A program made the translations under genes and the position numbers. A model generated the notes under the pieces. It saw only the letters and a program-made list of their open reading frames with translations, was not told the origin of the DNA and ran no database searches. A stretch of DNA of 64,000 bases from Candidatus Kryptoniota bacterium (GTDB lineage Bacteria > Bacteroidota > Ignavibacteria > Kryptoniales > JAKASW01): NCBI GenBank assembly GCA_046705025.1, contig JBJKQU010000061.1, positions 20,007 through 84,006 on the forward strand. Direction: 5' to 3'. This document shows, piece after piece, positions 1 to 10,072 of this stretch; within the stretch, counting starts at the first letter, position 1; each line of letters starts with the position of its first letter.

Positions 1-517
1 GAGAATCGTTCCAATCGGTATAGCCGTACTCTCCTGTCGGCAGGTCTTCCACATAAATGTCGTATTCGCCATTCCCGCCTCCTGCCGTACTGTCCGAAGC
101 CGGAGGGGGAAAGCCGAGGGAATCTACCTCGACGTAGTAAACATGATCGCAGATGAGGGCCACCGTGTCCGCGAAAGCAAATGTGCTGTTCGGGATCGGC
201 TGCCCAAGTTGATTGTAGAGAAACGGCTGGTTGCCTCCTGTAGTGTCAAAATGTATTCTAAATTTACCTGAAGGGCTGACTATGCTCGTATCGTTTGTCG
301 GTCGGAGCTGAAGTGCAGCCTTGACTCTCATGTCTGCGCCAGGAAGGCTGAAGTAATGCGCGATGATATGAAACCCGCACTTGTTGTAGTTCTTCACATT
401 GTAACTCTCGAACAGCTTGTTCACCTCGTCTCTCCGGCTGGAAGAAGCTGCCAGCGCAACAGACGAAAATGCCAGCAGAAGCAGGGATATCGTTTCAAAA
501 ATAATGTATCGATACAT
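1..517 (-). CDS. 5' part of a secreted protein with a signal peptide. It may be the N-terminal region of a secreted metallopeptidase. The gene continues past the window start.
   Basis: Absent from the ORF track because there is no stop inside the window. My manual minus-strand translation from the ATG at 517 reads MYRYIIFETISLLLLAFSSVALAASS...FRIHFDTTGG...GEYDIYVEDLPTGEYGYT. I checked all 172 codons down to position 2 and found no stop. The start overlaps the stop of the upstream FG-GAP gene by 23 nt. Confidence 0.55.
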   Translation of the reverse strand, partial: MYRYIIFETISLLLLAFSSVALAASSSRRDEVNKLFESYNVKNYNKCGFHIIAHYFSLPGADMRVKAALQLRPTNDTSIVSPSGKFRIHFDTTGGNQPFLYNQLGQPIPNSTFAFADTVALICDHVYYVEVDSLGFPPPASDSTAGGGNGEYDIYVEDLPTGEYGYTDWNDS

Positions 518-2630
518 ATGATTCGCGCTTATTCAGGAAGAATATGCTGTTCATTAGCGGCGAGACAGCAGTATCTTCAGGACGAACGCCGACACGCCAC
601 GACTTAACAAACTGGGAGCGATTGTCTTTCACAGTGTAAAGGACGACCGAGCTTTCCGCGTTATCGAAGAAACTGACATAATATGTTGAGTCGAGTGACG
701 TGACCCCGAGGGTGCTGAGGTTTGAATTGCCGAAGGCAAACTCGCTGATCGAGTCGAGACTAAGCTGTCCGCCGTTTGAGAATGAAATACCGAATATTCT
801 CAGCGTGTCGTTATTCTTCAGTGCAAACATTGGTGCGCCGGTTAGCTGACTTCTCAGGAATTCCGCATCAGAAGCCTGTATCGGCAAGCTGAGAGTTTTT
901 CCCCGCGGAAACCGGGAAGAAGCAAACATCAGACTGTCGAGCGATATTCTCCATAACCGTAGGAACGAAAGCTGCGGATTGACCGTCAGTGCGGAGGCGA
1001 CGTACTTTTGCCTTTCATCGACCGAGTAGTCCTGCTCGATGAACTCGTCCTTTCCCTTGACCGACTCGAAAAGAGCCACACCTACGGTACTATCAGGGTG
1101 CGTTATGTAAGCAGCGGCGACGACGGTAGAGTCACCCACAGTCGTGCCGGTGGCCACAAAGGGCAAGAAAGCGGTCTGAGCAGTAGACACTCCGACGCCC
1201 TTTCCTCCTTTCCCGACCGAGTATACGCTTATCATGTCGGCGTTGTCATATGTAAGTAGAAGGCGCGGGGACGCACCGGATGAAGAAATAGTCTGCGCCA
1301 GATTCGGTATTCCCTCGGATTGCCAGTCGACACCCGAGCGCGCATCCATGCTGGAGGCACCGTCGTAATACCTCGCGCTGATCCTTCCCGTGTGGTTCCC
1401 GACGATAAGGAAGTTGGAGGTATCATCGCCGCAGACGGAAAGAAACTCCGGATTCGAGCAGACCGGCACGAGAATGTCGGGGGTCTTATTGAAAAGAACC
1501 CGGCTCTTGAAAACCTTGATGTATTTTCTAGTAGGGCTTGACGCGACAAGATCCGCCATAGTGCGATGCGGAAAATAGAAGGGGACTATATGGTCATAAT
1601 CCGACCCGATGCCAAACGCACCGGCGTAGCGAAAGGCTCTCGCCGACTTGTAGTAGGAAAACATAGTAATTTCCTTAGTCACTCCACTGAAGGCGGCAAT
1701 GTCTTCAGTTCCGTCGCCGTCGAAATCGGCTATGGCGAATTGAGATATGGGCCCGACGGTCTTGAGCGTTTGGCGCAGGAAGAATCTGCCCGACCCGTCG
1801 CCCCCGTAGATGTCGATCCTGTCGAGACGCTTATATCCCAATACGATATCCGGGTAGCCGTTGCCGTTGAGGTCGGAGACGGCCAGCACCGAAGGCTCCG
1901 CACCGAGCTGGAAGGAGACTGGCTGCGTGAAGGAACCGTCACCCCTGCCGTAGAAAATCAGAAGCCTGTGATTTACCCAGTCGAGAGCTGCGATGTCGGG
2001 CACGAGGTCCCCATTGAAATCGGTCAAAACGAGGTCGCTGAACGGAATATTGCCGAGGAGACCTTTGACAGAGTGGGACTCCACGAATTTCCCACTGCCG
2101 ACATTGTCCGATATCGAGATTCCGAGAGAGAACCTCCCGAAGGTTATCATGTCCAGATTCCCGGACGCCTCAAGATCCGCAGTCCTGATCTGCGTACAGT
2201 ATGCATCGGTCCGGACTTCCTTTGAAATAACGGGTTGGCCATTCTTGCTGAAAGATATCAGCGCGACGAAATGGGACTTCATCAGCACGGCCAGTCTGGA
2301 CCATACATCCACGACGGCTTTTCGGCCTATTACGACCTCCTTGCCGGCAGAGATTGCGACGGCAGTATCGGGCAGGTTTACCACGTCCGTCAGAATGAGA
2401 TTCTCCAGGGAGTCGGGCTCAAAGAAGTAAATGGCCTTTTCGGACTTGGCGATTGCCGCTATGCCCATACGGCCGAAGAAATTGCCGGCTACCATTTCCC
2501 CAAGGGGTGCGATGGTCGCTTGCATCTCGACCGCTTTGAAGACAGGGTCATACGCCTGGGCCCGGCAGGCGTGAGACAGGCTCACCAAAAATATGACTTG
2601 AATTACCGACAGCTTATGCAATTGAATCAA
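495..2630 (-). CDS. FG-GAP/VCBS repeat-containing secreted protein
   Basis: 711-aa ORF with a hydrophobic signal-like N-terminus (LSVIQVIFLVSLSHACRAQA). It has several FG-GAP-type loops: FNGDLVPDIAALD, DLNGNGYPDIVLG and ADFDGDGTEDIAAF. Confidence 0.75.
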   Translation of the reverse strand: MIQLHKLSVIQVIFLVSLSHACRAQAYDPVFKAVEMQATIAPLGEMVAGNFFGRMGIAAIAKSEKAIYFFEPDSLENLILTDVVNLPDTAVAISAGKEVVIGRKAVVDVWSRLAVLMKSHFVALISFSKNGQPVISKEVRTDAYCTQIRTADLEASGNLDMITFGRFSLGISISDNVGSGKFVESHSVKGLLGNIPFSDLVLTDFNGDLVPDIAALDWVNHRLLIFYGRGDGSFTQPVSFQLGAEPSVLAVSDLNGNGYPDIVLGYKRLDRIDIYGGDGSGRFFLRQTLKTVGPISQFAIADFDGDGTEDIAAFSGVTKEITMFSYYKSARAFRYAGAFGIGSDYDHIVPFYFPHRTMADLVASSPTRKYIKVFKSRVLFNKTPDILVPVCSNPEFLSVCGDDTSNFLIVGNHTGRISARYYDGASSMDARSGVDWQSEGIPNLAQTISSSGASPRLLLTYDNADMISVYSVGKGGKGVGVSTAQTAFLPFVATGTTVGDSTVVAAAYITHPDSTVGVALFESVKGKDEFIEQDYSVDERQKYVASALTVNPQLSFLRLWRISLDSLMFASSRFPRGKTLSLPIQASDAEFLRSQLTGAPMFALKNNDTLRIFGISFSNGGQLSLDSISEFAFGNSNLSTLGVTSLDSTYYVSFFDNAESSVVLYTVKDNRSQFVKSWRVGVRPEDTAVSPLMNSIFFLNKRESYVSIHYF

Positions 2631-2671
2631 CCCTAGAATGAAAATGACCTCTACTCAATAAAGGGTCACTT

Positions 2672-3229
2672 CTATCCACCGGTTCCTTCCGACCAGAGCC
2701 TCCTGGTCTCCTCACGATGTTTCAGACGCTGCTCCCGCCTGAACAACGCCTGTTCGAAGCGTCTCACCTCGTCCTGGGATTCCGGAACAATCAACGCGGA
2801 TGCTACCGGCTTGCCCATCGCATCGATGCTTACAAAAGTGAGGTACGCAGAATTTGAATGTTTCTTCTCACGAGTCAGCGGATTTTCCGAAAACACTTTC
2901 ACGCCTACTTCCATGGAGGTATTGAAGACTCGATTCACACTCGCCCGTAAAGTCACAAGTTCCCCGAGCTTTATCGGGTGGAGAAAGCTGATCTGGTCGA
3001 CCGCAGCTGTCACGCAAACATGGTTTGAATGACGGGTCGCTGCCATGGCGGCAGATATGTCTATCCAGTGCATAAGTCTGCCGCCGAGGAGGTTGCCGAG
3101 CTGATTCGTGTCATTGGGCAGGACGAGCTCTACCATCTCGACGTGCGAGGCATTCACCGGCCTCCTATCCTTTTCTACTTTTCCGAGACTCAAGGCCACA
3201 CCTTTCTTATTTACAGTCTCCCGCGACAC
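2672..3229 (-). CDS. acyl-CoA thioesterase (hotdog fold, YciA/BFIT-like)
   Basis: 185-aa ORF. The region VLPNDTNQLGNLLGGRLMHWIDISAAMAA...SMEVGVKV is typical of acyl-CoA hydrolases. Confidence 0.85.
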   Translation of the reverse strand: MSRETVNKKGVALSLGKVEKDRRPVNASHVEMVELVLPNDTNQLGNLLGGRLMHWIDISAAMAATRHSNHVCVTAAVDQISFLHPIKLGELVTLRASVNRVFNTSMEVGVKVFSENPLTREKKHSNSAYLTFVSIDAMGKPVASALIVPESQDEVRRFEQALFRREQRLKHREETRRLWSEGTGG

Positions 3230-3235
3230 CGCTTC

Positions 3236-4018
3236 TCAGTTGACAGTCGTCCCCTCCTCACGATTAATGTTGAGCTTCTGCGCTAACTTGTTTGCCTCCG
3301 TCTTGACCGACGATTTCGGAAACGAGGCATAGAAATTCTGCAGCGCCTCCCGCGCTTCCTTCTCCTTGTGACGCTTGATGAGAACCTTGACCTTCCCTAT
3401 AGCAGCTTTATCGGCGACGCTTGAATCGTGATACTTCTCCAGTACTACGTTGTAGTACACGGTTGCCGCCCTGTAATAACCCATCTCCACGTATAACCCG
3501 GCAATCTCGTAATCTTTTTGGGCAAGCTTGTCTCGGAGTTTCGTTATTTCCGCCGCAGCCTTCTCAGCGAGCGGACTGTCCGGATAGTAATCGATGAAGC
3601 TCTGGAATGCGTTTATGGCTTTGGTAGAATTCGACTGGTCGAGCTGGACCCGGGGTGATTGCGCAGCATAACATTGGGCTATCTTGAAACGGGCATCCGG
3701 AGTGAGCTTTGAAGAAGGGTAGTTGTGATACAGGTTTCCAAACTCGAACGCAGCCGTAATGTATTCTTTCATGTCATAGTATGATTCGGCAAGATAGTAC
3801 TGGGCGCTGTCGGCATAGGCGCTCGCAGGATATTGCTTGACGACGATGTCGAACGTATTCTTGGCGTCTACATAGTCCTTCTTGTGCAGCAACTGCATTC
3901 CGTGATGAAACGTCTCCGCCGCACCCTGAATGACAAGCTCTTGGGTTGAAGAACATGACGCGAGTAAGATCGCGGAACCGGTTAGACCGGCGATTGCCAA
4001 AATAAGCCCTAATTTCAT
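3236..4018 (-). CDS. bamD: outer membrane protein assembly factor BamD (YfiO-like TPR lipoprotein)
   Basis: 260-aa ORF with a lipobox (LLASCSS). It shows repeated TPR-like YP-S/A motifs (QYPASAYADSAQYYLAESYY, YPSSKLTPDARFKIAQCY, YYPDSPLAEKA). Length and layout fit BamD. Confidence 0.75.
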   Translation of the reverse strand: MKLGLILAIAGLTGSAILLASCSSTQELVIQGAAETFHHGMQLLHKKDYVDAKNTFDIVVKQYPASAYADSAQYYLAESYYDMKEYITAAFEFGNLYHNYPSSKLTPDARFKIAQCYAAQSPRVQLDQSNSTKAINAFQSFIDYYPDSPLAEKAAAEITKLRDKLAQKDYEIAGLYVEMGYYRAATVYYNVVLEKYHDSSVADKAAIGKVKVLIKRHKEKEAREALQNFYASFPKSSVKTEANKLAQKLNINREEGTTVN

Positions 4019-4633
4019 TCAAGACCCTCTCAAAGTAAAAAATAGATAAACTACTACTGCTGCAGAAGCTACGAACAGAATCGGCTGCAGCATCGTATCC
4101 AGGAAACTCCCGGAAACGACCTTGCCGCGAAGGAAACTATACGATCCGGATTCCAGCGAGGAAATCTGACTTTCTTTCACGGTATCTGAAAAAACAAACG
4201 AGTAAGATCTCGCAAATCTCACCTGACCGCGGTCGGCGACTTCAACATCGTATGCCGACCTGATAGTGCGGATAACATCAGAAGATCCGAATATATGTGA
4301 CGTCACGGGAGCCGAATAAGACACACCGACGACCGGGACAGCGATCCTCAACAAAGGAATTAAAGGCGAGTCTGTTACAGCAACATGAAAGTTGCTTTTC
4401 AGCAATGCCTCAACCACTTTTTGCTGCACAAGTACATCGGCATCTCGCGAACCGAATTTCAGACAAACATATTTGACATCCTGGCTCGCGAGAACCGCTA
4501 TCGTATTCCTGGCCAGAGTGTCAGCCTGAGCACAAAAGACTTCGTAGTTGGTTGGCTGCTTTGGCTCCGAAGCACCGACCGCCAGTAAAAATAAGATGAC
4601 TGCATAAGAACCTAATGAAGTGGGATGCCCCAT
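4019..4633 (-). CDS. hypothetical exported or membrane-anchored protein
   Basis: 204-aa ORF packed without a gap between gdh and bamD. It has an N-terminal hydrophobic segment and a C-terminal TM segment (PILFVASAAVVVYLFFTL). I recognise no family. Confidence 0.5.
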   Translation of the reverse strand: MGHPTSLGSYAVILFLLAVGASEPKQPTNYEVFCAQADTLARNTIAVLASQDVKYVCLKFGSRDADVLVQQKVVEALLKSNFHVAVTDSPLIPLLRIAVPVVGVSYSAPVTSHIFGSSDVIRTIRSAYDVEVADRGQVRFARSYSFVFSDTVKESQISSLESGSYSFLRGKVVSGSFLDTMLQPILFVASAAVVVYLFFTLRGS

Positions 4634-5916
4634 TACGCATAGATTCCACGTACCTTGAGGGTCTTCGCAACCTTGTCAATAGCAAGAATATACGCACCCA
4701 GCCTCATGGAGACATTGTATTTCTCGGCTGACCGAAAGACGTTGGTAAACGCTTCGTGCATCATTCTCTCCAGCCGGTGATTCACCCTGTCGAGAGTCCA
4801 GAAAAAGCCCTGGCGGTCCTGTACCCATTCGAAGTAGCTGACCGTGACGCCGCCTGAATTCGCGAGTATGTCTGGAACAACGAGAATTCCGTTACTGTCG
4901 AGTATCGGATCGGCCTTCGCGGTTGTCGGGCCGTTTGCCCCTTCGACTATGATCTTCGCCTTTATCTTGGAAGCATTCCTGGCGGTGATCTGGTCTTCTT
5001 TTGCCGCTGGAACCAGAACGTCTACATCGAGCTCCAAAAGCTCTTCATTCGATATCGAATCGCCCACGGAACTATTTGCAAGTGTTCTGTGCTTTTGAAC
5101 CCACTCCATCGCCCTGTTAATGTCAATCCCGGCTTTGTTGTAATACCCTCCACTGACATCGCTGACAGCAACCACTTTCAACCCTTGCTCACTGAGAAGC
5201 TTGGCAGATACCGACCCTACGTTGCCGAATCCCTGGACTGCGCATGTAGCCTGCTTCGGATTCATTCCGCGCTTGGCCAGGGCCGCCAGGGTTGAAACCA
5301 TCACGCCGCGTCCCGTAGCCTCACGCCTGCCGAGAGATCCACCTATGATCAATGGTTTCCCTGTCACTACGGCGTTCTCTGTCCGGCGGGTGTGCATGCT
5401 GTAGGTGTCCATTATCCACGCCATGATTTGCTCGTTCGTGTTCATGTCGGGCGCCGGGATATCCTTGTCCGGGCCGAACACGTCGAGCATGTTAGCGGTG
5501 AAGCGGCGCGTTATCTTCTCAAGCTCGACTTCCGTTAGCCTTGTGGGATCGCACTTCACACCCCCTTTTGCACCTCCGAACGGAATGTTCGCGATGGAAC
5601 ATTTCCACGTCATCCACGCAGCAAGGGCTTTGATTTCATCAAGCGTGATGTCGGGCGCGTATCGGATCCCGCCCTTAGAGGGTCCGAGAGCATCGTTGTG
5701 AATGACTCGATAACCTTCAAAGACTTCGATCTCACCGTTGTCCATCTGAATCGGAATTGAAACCGTCACCTGCTTGACAGGGGTCTTCAAGTATTCATAA
5801 ACGCCGCGTTCGAGTTCCAGCATTTCCGCAGCAACGTCAAAGCGCTGCATCATCGACTCGAAGGGATTCTCCTTGTCTGCAATGGGAGCAGGCTCCTTAT
5901 AAACGACAGTGTCCAT
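4633..5916 (-). CDS. gdhA: NAD(P)-dependent glutamate dehydrogenase
   Basis: 427-aa ORF with Glu/Leu/Phe/Val dehydrogenase motifs: GPSKGGIRY, PFGGAKGG, and the Rossmann motif QGFGNVGS. Confidence 0.95.
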   Translation of the reverse strand: MDTVVYKEPAPIADKENPFESMMQRFDVAAEMLELERGVYEYLKTPVKQVTVSIPIQMDNGEIEVFEGYRVIHNDALGPSKGGIRYAPDITLDEIKALAAWMTWKCSIANIPFGGAKGGVKCDPTRLTEVELEKITRRFTANMLDVFGPDKDIPAPDMNTNEQIMAWIMDTYSMHTRRTENAVVTGKPLIIGGSLGRREATGRGVMVSTLAALAKRGMNPKQATCAVQGFGNVGSVSAKLLSEQGLKVVAVSDVSGGYYNKAGIDINRAMEWVQKHRTLANSSVGDSISNEELLELDVDVLVPAAKEDQITARNASKIKAKIIVEGANGPTTAKADPILDSNGILVVPDILANSGGVTVSYFEWVQDRQGFFWTLDRVNHRLERMMHEAFTNVFRSAEKYNVSMRLGAYILAIDKVAKTLKVRGIYA

Positions 5917-5930
5917 AGATCTCCTGAATT

Positions 5931-6770
5931 TTAGTAAAGGTTCTTACCCGTTGCCAGCGCTTCAAGCCTGGCGATCCGCTCCTCCGTCGGAGGATGCGTG
6001 CTGAAGAGTTTTGCAAACGACTGTTTGCTCAATGGGTTGACTATGAAGAGATGCGCCGTTGAGGGTCTCGCCTGCATCGGCACCCGCTGAACACCTGATT
6101 GGAGCTTCTGCAGCGCACTTGCGAGTGAAAGCGGTTTCATCGAAAGTTTTGCTCCGCCTTCGTCGGCTTTGTATTCGCGCGAACGCGATACTGCCATCTG
6201 GATCATAACGGCTGCGAGTGGAGCGAGTATAATGACCAGCAGCTCACCGATGAAACCTGAATCATCGTCGCCGCCTCTTCCGCCGCCAAAGAAAAGCATC
6301 GACCAGCTGAGCATCTCCGCAATATACGTTATCGCGGTAGCGAAAGTAGCTACGATCGAAGAAACAAGGATATCACGGTGAAGGACATGTGAGAGCTCGT
6401 GACCTATCACCGCTTCCAATTCATCATCACTCAACATGGGCAGTATACCTTCGGTCACGGCAACCGCAGCATGGTGCGGATTCCTGCCCGTGGCAAACGC
6501 ATTGGGCGTCTGACTCGGGACGATGTAGAGTCTCGGCATGGGGATATCGGCACGCGCTGCCAGGTTATGAACTATGGAATAAAGTTTCGGCGCGTCTGCC
6601 TCCGTGACTTTTTTGGCACGGTAGCTCATCAGAACCATTTTATCCGAGAACCAGTAGGCAAAGAAATTCATCGCAAGACTGAAAAGAAAAGCGTACGTGA
6701 GACCCGTCTTACCGCCGATCAAGTCACCAACAAGAAGAAACAGAACCAACATCAATGTCATAAAGAACAC
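5931..6770 (-). CDS. htpX: zinc metalloprotease HtpX homolog (M48)
   Basis: 279-aa ORF starting at GTG. It has the HELSHV zinc motif, NAFATG, SREYKADE and a C-terminal STHPP. See the finding on the upstream SD-ATG and the in-frame TAA. Confidence 0.9.
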   Translation of the reverse strand: MFFMTLMLVLFLLVGDLIGGKTGLTYAFLFSLAMNFFAYWFSDKMVLMSYRAKKVTEADAPKLYSIVHNLAARADIPMPRLYIVPSQTPNAFATGRNPHHAAVAVTEGILPMLSDDELEAVIGHELSHVLHRDILVSSIVATFATAITYIAEMLSWSMLFFGGGRGGDDDSGFIGELLVIILAPLAAVMIQMAVSRSREYKADEGGAKLSMKPLSLASALQKLQSGVQRVPMQARPSTAHLFIVNPLSKQSFAKLFSTHPPTEERIARLEALATGKNLY

Positions 6771-6933
6771 CGTTTACAGAGAATTCTTCATAGTTTCAAA
6801 TCCTCCTTTAGCGAACCAATTTATCAAGCCGGATTTGGAGTTGCAAGGCAATGCGCGACCTCCCATAACCTGCCCTGAGAAGGCCGATTATGGAAATCAC
6901 TTGAACCTTGGTAAGTGTCCTCAGACGCAGGCT

Positions 6934-7776
6934 TTAGTACCCCATAAGCTTCAGATGCGCCGCAACAAGCTCCGGATTCTCATCAAGAAAATGCCGTGCA
7001 AACAATCTGGCGCGATCAACCTCTTCGAAGTCGGTCTGACAGTAGATTGTGTCTTCGTCGAACAGTTTGGCCGATGCGATAACCTCGCCGTGAGGAGACA
7101 CGACTTCTGACCCGCCCCAAAAATTGACACCATCTTCAAAGCCGACACGACCTGCGAAAGCGAGAAACAAGCTCAAGAGCCTGGCGAAACTCCTGTGCTG
7201 CTCGGAGTTGGCAATATGCCCGGAATGCTCCGGTGAACCGCCCGATAATCGGGTCGGACTTGCAGCTGATGCGAGGATAAGCCTGACGCCCTGAAGAGCC
7301 AGAAGATATGGGAGCGAAATATGCCACAGATCCTCACAAATCAAGAGCCCAAGCTTGCCGAATTTTGTGTCAAAGGCCCGGACTTTCTTTCCCGGAAGAA
7401 AGTATCTCTGTTCCTCAAATATCCCGTATGTCGGCAAATAGACCTTGTAGTGAACGTGTTTTACGACACCGTCTTCAAAATACACGAGACTGTTTCTGAT
7501 GCCGCCGGCATCGTCTCTGAGCACTGCTCCCACCGCAACTGAGATCTTCTCGCTAAGGGACTTGAGAGGGCCGAAAAACTCGTCTCCTACTTTCAACGCC
7601 ACTTCCGAATTCAGATCGCGCACCGAGTATCCCGTTAAGCTCAGTTCGGGAAAAAGAATAAGACTCGCCCCATTGTCCGAGGCTGACTCGGCGACCTCAA
7701 GATGCTTGTTAAGATTCCACTTCAGGTCACCCAGCCGGGGCTTCGTTTGCGCGACCGCCAACGTAAATTTCTGCAA
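6934..7776 (-). CDS. carbon-nitrogen hydrolase (nitrilase superfamily) protein
   Basis: 280-aa ORF with the catalytic-triad context FPELSLTGY, KVYLP, and LICEDLWH (Cys). Confidence 0.8.
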   Translation of the reverse strand: MQKFTLAVAQTKPRLGDLKWNLNKHLEVAESASDNGASLILFPELSLTGYSVRDLNSEVALKVGDEFFGPLKSLSEKISVAVGAVLRDDAGGIRNSLVYFEDGVVKHVHYKVYLPTYGIFEEQRYFLPGKKVRAFDTKFGKLGLLICEDLWHISLPYLLALQGVRLILASAASPTRLSGGSPEHSGHIANSEQHRSFARLLSLFLAFAGRVGFEDGVNFWGGSEVVSPHGEVIASAKLFDEDTIYCQTDFEEVDRARLFARHFLDENPELVAAHLKLMGY

Positions 7777-7780
7777 TATC

Positions 7781-8230
7781 CTATTCCTCTATGATATCGT
7801 TAGGAAGCTCGTTAGGATTCGTTCCGGAAGGTGGCAGCTTCTCTTGAAGGATCTTGCCGATCTCTTCGAGAGATAGCCGCAATCCGTGATAGAAATTCCT
7901 CTTCGAGAAGTGGTCAGACAACTTGCCAGCCATGTTTATCCAAAACTCGTTCGGGAGGACCCTAATGATCCCCTTGTCGGCCAGAAGCTCAAATTGCCTC
8001 TCGCTCACCAGGATGAAGACGAGGATGCCGGTGCCCTCATCCGTTTTCTTCATCCCGAGCGAAACGAACTCACGCTCTGCAACCTGCCTGGCGGTGAGCC
8101 TTCGCTCGCTCCAGTGTTTTCTATGACGCACGACGACCCTGATCTCGGCAGATGTCTTCTTTTCGATTTCACCGATTTGCCCGCTGAGCTGTTGAAGCTC
8201 CTGTTTGCTCAAAATTCTGTGTTGTATCAT
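7781..8230 (-). CDS. TPM domain-containing protein (small, TLP18.3/Psb32-like)
   Basis: 149-aa ORF with the pattern TSAEIRVVV...GILVFILVSERQFELLADKGI, typical of TPM phosphatase-like domains. It lies near the LemA/TPM pair. Confidence 0.6.
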   Translation of the reverse strand: MIQHRILSKQELQQLSGQIGEIEKKTSAEIRVVVRHRKHWSERRLTARQVAEREFVSLGMKKTDEGTGILVFILVSERQFELLADKGIIRVLPNEFWINMAGKLSDHFSKRNFYHGLRLSLEEIGKILQEKLPPSGTNPNELPNDIIEE

Positions 8231-9246
8231 TAGTCTAGAGCTTTCCCTACTGCCGGCAGGATCTTTCTCAGCCTCTCCATGAGTTCTGCGAACTTTTCCG
8301 GCCGAAGTGATTGCCTGCCATCGGACAGTGCCTTCTCGGGGTGCGGGTGAACCTCGACCATAAGGCCATCAGCACCTGCTGCTATCGCTGCCAGGGCCAT
8401 CGGAGCAACGAGTTCCCAATTCCCCGTTCCGTGACTCGGGTCGACGACAATAGGCAGATGAGAGAGCCCTTTGACGAGCGGAACGGCGTTGAGATCGAGC
8501 GTATTTCTCGTATATGTTTCGAACGTTCTGATGCCTCTTTCACAAAGAACTATATTGTAGTTGCCCTGCGACGCGATATACTCCGCCGCCATCAACCATT
8601 CTTCAATTGTCGCCGCGAGGCCGCGTTTCAGGAGAACCGGCTTCTTGGTCCTCCCGACCGCTTCAAGGAGAGAAAAGTTGTGCATGTTCCTCGCGCCGAT
8701 TTGCAGAATATCAGAATAATCACTCACCAGCGAAACGGTTTCGGTATCTTTTACCTCCGTGACCACGCTCATGGCATACCTATCGGCGGCTTCGCGCAAG
8801 TACTTCAGTCCTTCCTCCTTCAGTCCCTGAAACGCATATGGTGAAGTCCTGGGTTTGTACGCGCCGCCGCGAAGTATCTGGGCGCCCTGAGACTTCACGA
8901 ATTCCGCCGTCTCCATGATTTGAGCCTTGCTCTCGATCGAGCATGGGCCGGCCATCACTGCCAGGCCCTTTCCGCCGATGTCTACGTTCTTCAGGTGGAT
9001 TACGGTGTCCTCCGGCTTGACATCGCGGCTCACGAGCTTATAAGGCTTGCTCACGGGGATGCATTCGACAACACCCGGAAGATTTGCAAACAGAGCCTGA
9101 TCGACAGCTCCTTTATTTCCGGTTATCCCGATCGCAATTCTGAGGGAGCCCGGTATCTCATGCGGCGTCCATCCCATCGAGTATATCTTTTGCTCGACTA
9201 CCTCGATTTGTTCGTCCGTCGCGTCCTTGTCCATTATGATGAGCAT
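8230..9246 (-). CDS. 3-deoxy-7-phosphoheptulonate (DAHP) synthase, type I-beta, with N-terminal regulatory domain
   Basis: 338-aa ORF. KDO8PS-like core motifs are present: [29 protein letters not shown]. The roughly 70-aa ferredoxin/ACT-like N-terminal extension resembles Thermotoga-type enzymes. Confidence 0.9.
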   Translation of the reverse strand: MLIIMDKDATDEQIEVVEQKIYSMGWTPHEIPGSLRIAIGITGNKGAVDQALFANLPGVVECIPVSKPYKLVSRDVKPEDTVIHLKNVDIGGKGLAVMAGPCSIESKAQIMETAEFVKSQGAQILRGGAYKPRTSPYAFQGLKEEGLKYLREAADRYAMSVVTEVKDTETVSLVSDYSDILQIGARNMHNFSLLEAVGRTKKPVLLKRGLAATIEEWLMAAEYIASQGNYNIVLCERGIRTFETYTRNTLDLNAVPLVKGLSHLPIVVDPSHGTGNWELVAPMALAAIAAGADGLMVEVHPHPEKALSDGRQSLRPEKFAELMERLRKILPAVGKALD

Positions 9247-9265
9247 AACGACCTTCTATGAGTTT

Positions 9266-10072
9266 TTACCAACTGCCACCGGCGCCTCCGCCGCCGAACG
9301 AACCTCCGCCGCCGCTGAACCCGCCGAAGCCGCCGCCTCCTCCGCCGAATCCTCCACCACCGCCGAAGCCGCCGCCGCCGAATCCCCCGAAAGGAGGAAA
9401 GAACCACCAGCCGCTTCCGACTCCGCGTGAAGAAGCAGAATATCTGCGGTTCCCGAATAACATCGGAAAAATGAAGACTACCAGGAAGATGACGACGAAA
9501 GGTATTGCACTTCCACCGCCACCGCCCCCGCCCCGCTCCTTCTTCAGATTGGCGTGGAAAGTGCCCCCGATGAGCGCTTCAAGAGCAACGACACCCTTGC
9601 TGATGCCCGCGTAATAGTTGTTCTGCTTGAACTCCGGCAGGACAATCTCGTTTAATATGTAACTGGAATACGCATCGGTCACAACCCCTTCGAGGCCGTA
9701 CCCGACCTGAATCCTCGCTTTATGATCACCCACATCGATCGCAAAGAGTAACCCGTTATCCTTTCCCTTCTGCCCGATCTTGTTCTTCTCGGCCGCAGAT
9801 ATGGAATAATCAAAGAGGTCTCCCTGCGGAACAGACTTGACGATGAGCACGACAATCTGAGTCGACGTTGTGTCCTGATATGCTTTGAGCTGCGAATCAA
9901 GCGTGGCCATTTGATCTGCCGTAAGCACCCCGGCCTGGTCCGTAACGAACTGAGTCAGCTTTGGAACATTGCTTTCGAAATTGTTCATCGACTGCGCGAA
10001 GACTACACGAGAAGTGCCGACCGACACAATCGCAATTAACAGAAGCAGCTTGAATATATTGGAATGACGCAT
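9266..10072 (-). CDS. TPM domain-containing protein (YgcG-like) with TM segment and Gly-rich tail
   Basis: 268-aa ORF with a signal peptide, a TPM core (TSTQIVVLIV...GLLFAIDVGDHKARIQVGYGLEG), a TM segment and a GGGFGGGGG tail. It sits directly downstream of lemA. Confidence 0.8.
   Translation of the reverse strand: MRHSNIFKLLLLIAIVSVGTSRVVFAQSMNNFESNVPKLTQFVTDQAGVLTADQMATLDSQLKAYQDTTSTQIVVLIVKSVPQGDLFDYSISAAEKNKIGQKGKDNGLLFAIDVGDHKARIQVGYGLEGVVTDAYSSYILNEIVLPEFKQNNYYAGISKGVVALEALIGGTFHANLKKERGGGGGGGSAIPFVVIFLVVFIFPMLFGNRRYSASSRGVGSGWWFFPPFGGFGGGGFGGGGGFGGGGGGFGGFSGGGGSFGGGGAGGSW

Noticed and set aside
9258-9614. Pro-rich 118-aa plus-strand ORF (PPPPNPPKPPPP...)
   Set aside because: It is the reverse complement of the Gly-rich GGGFGGGG tail of the TPM/YgcG-like gene, so it is a low-complexity artefact.
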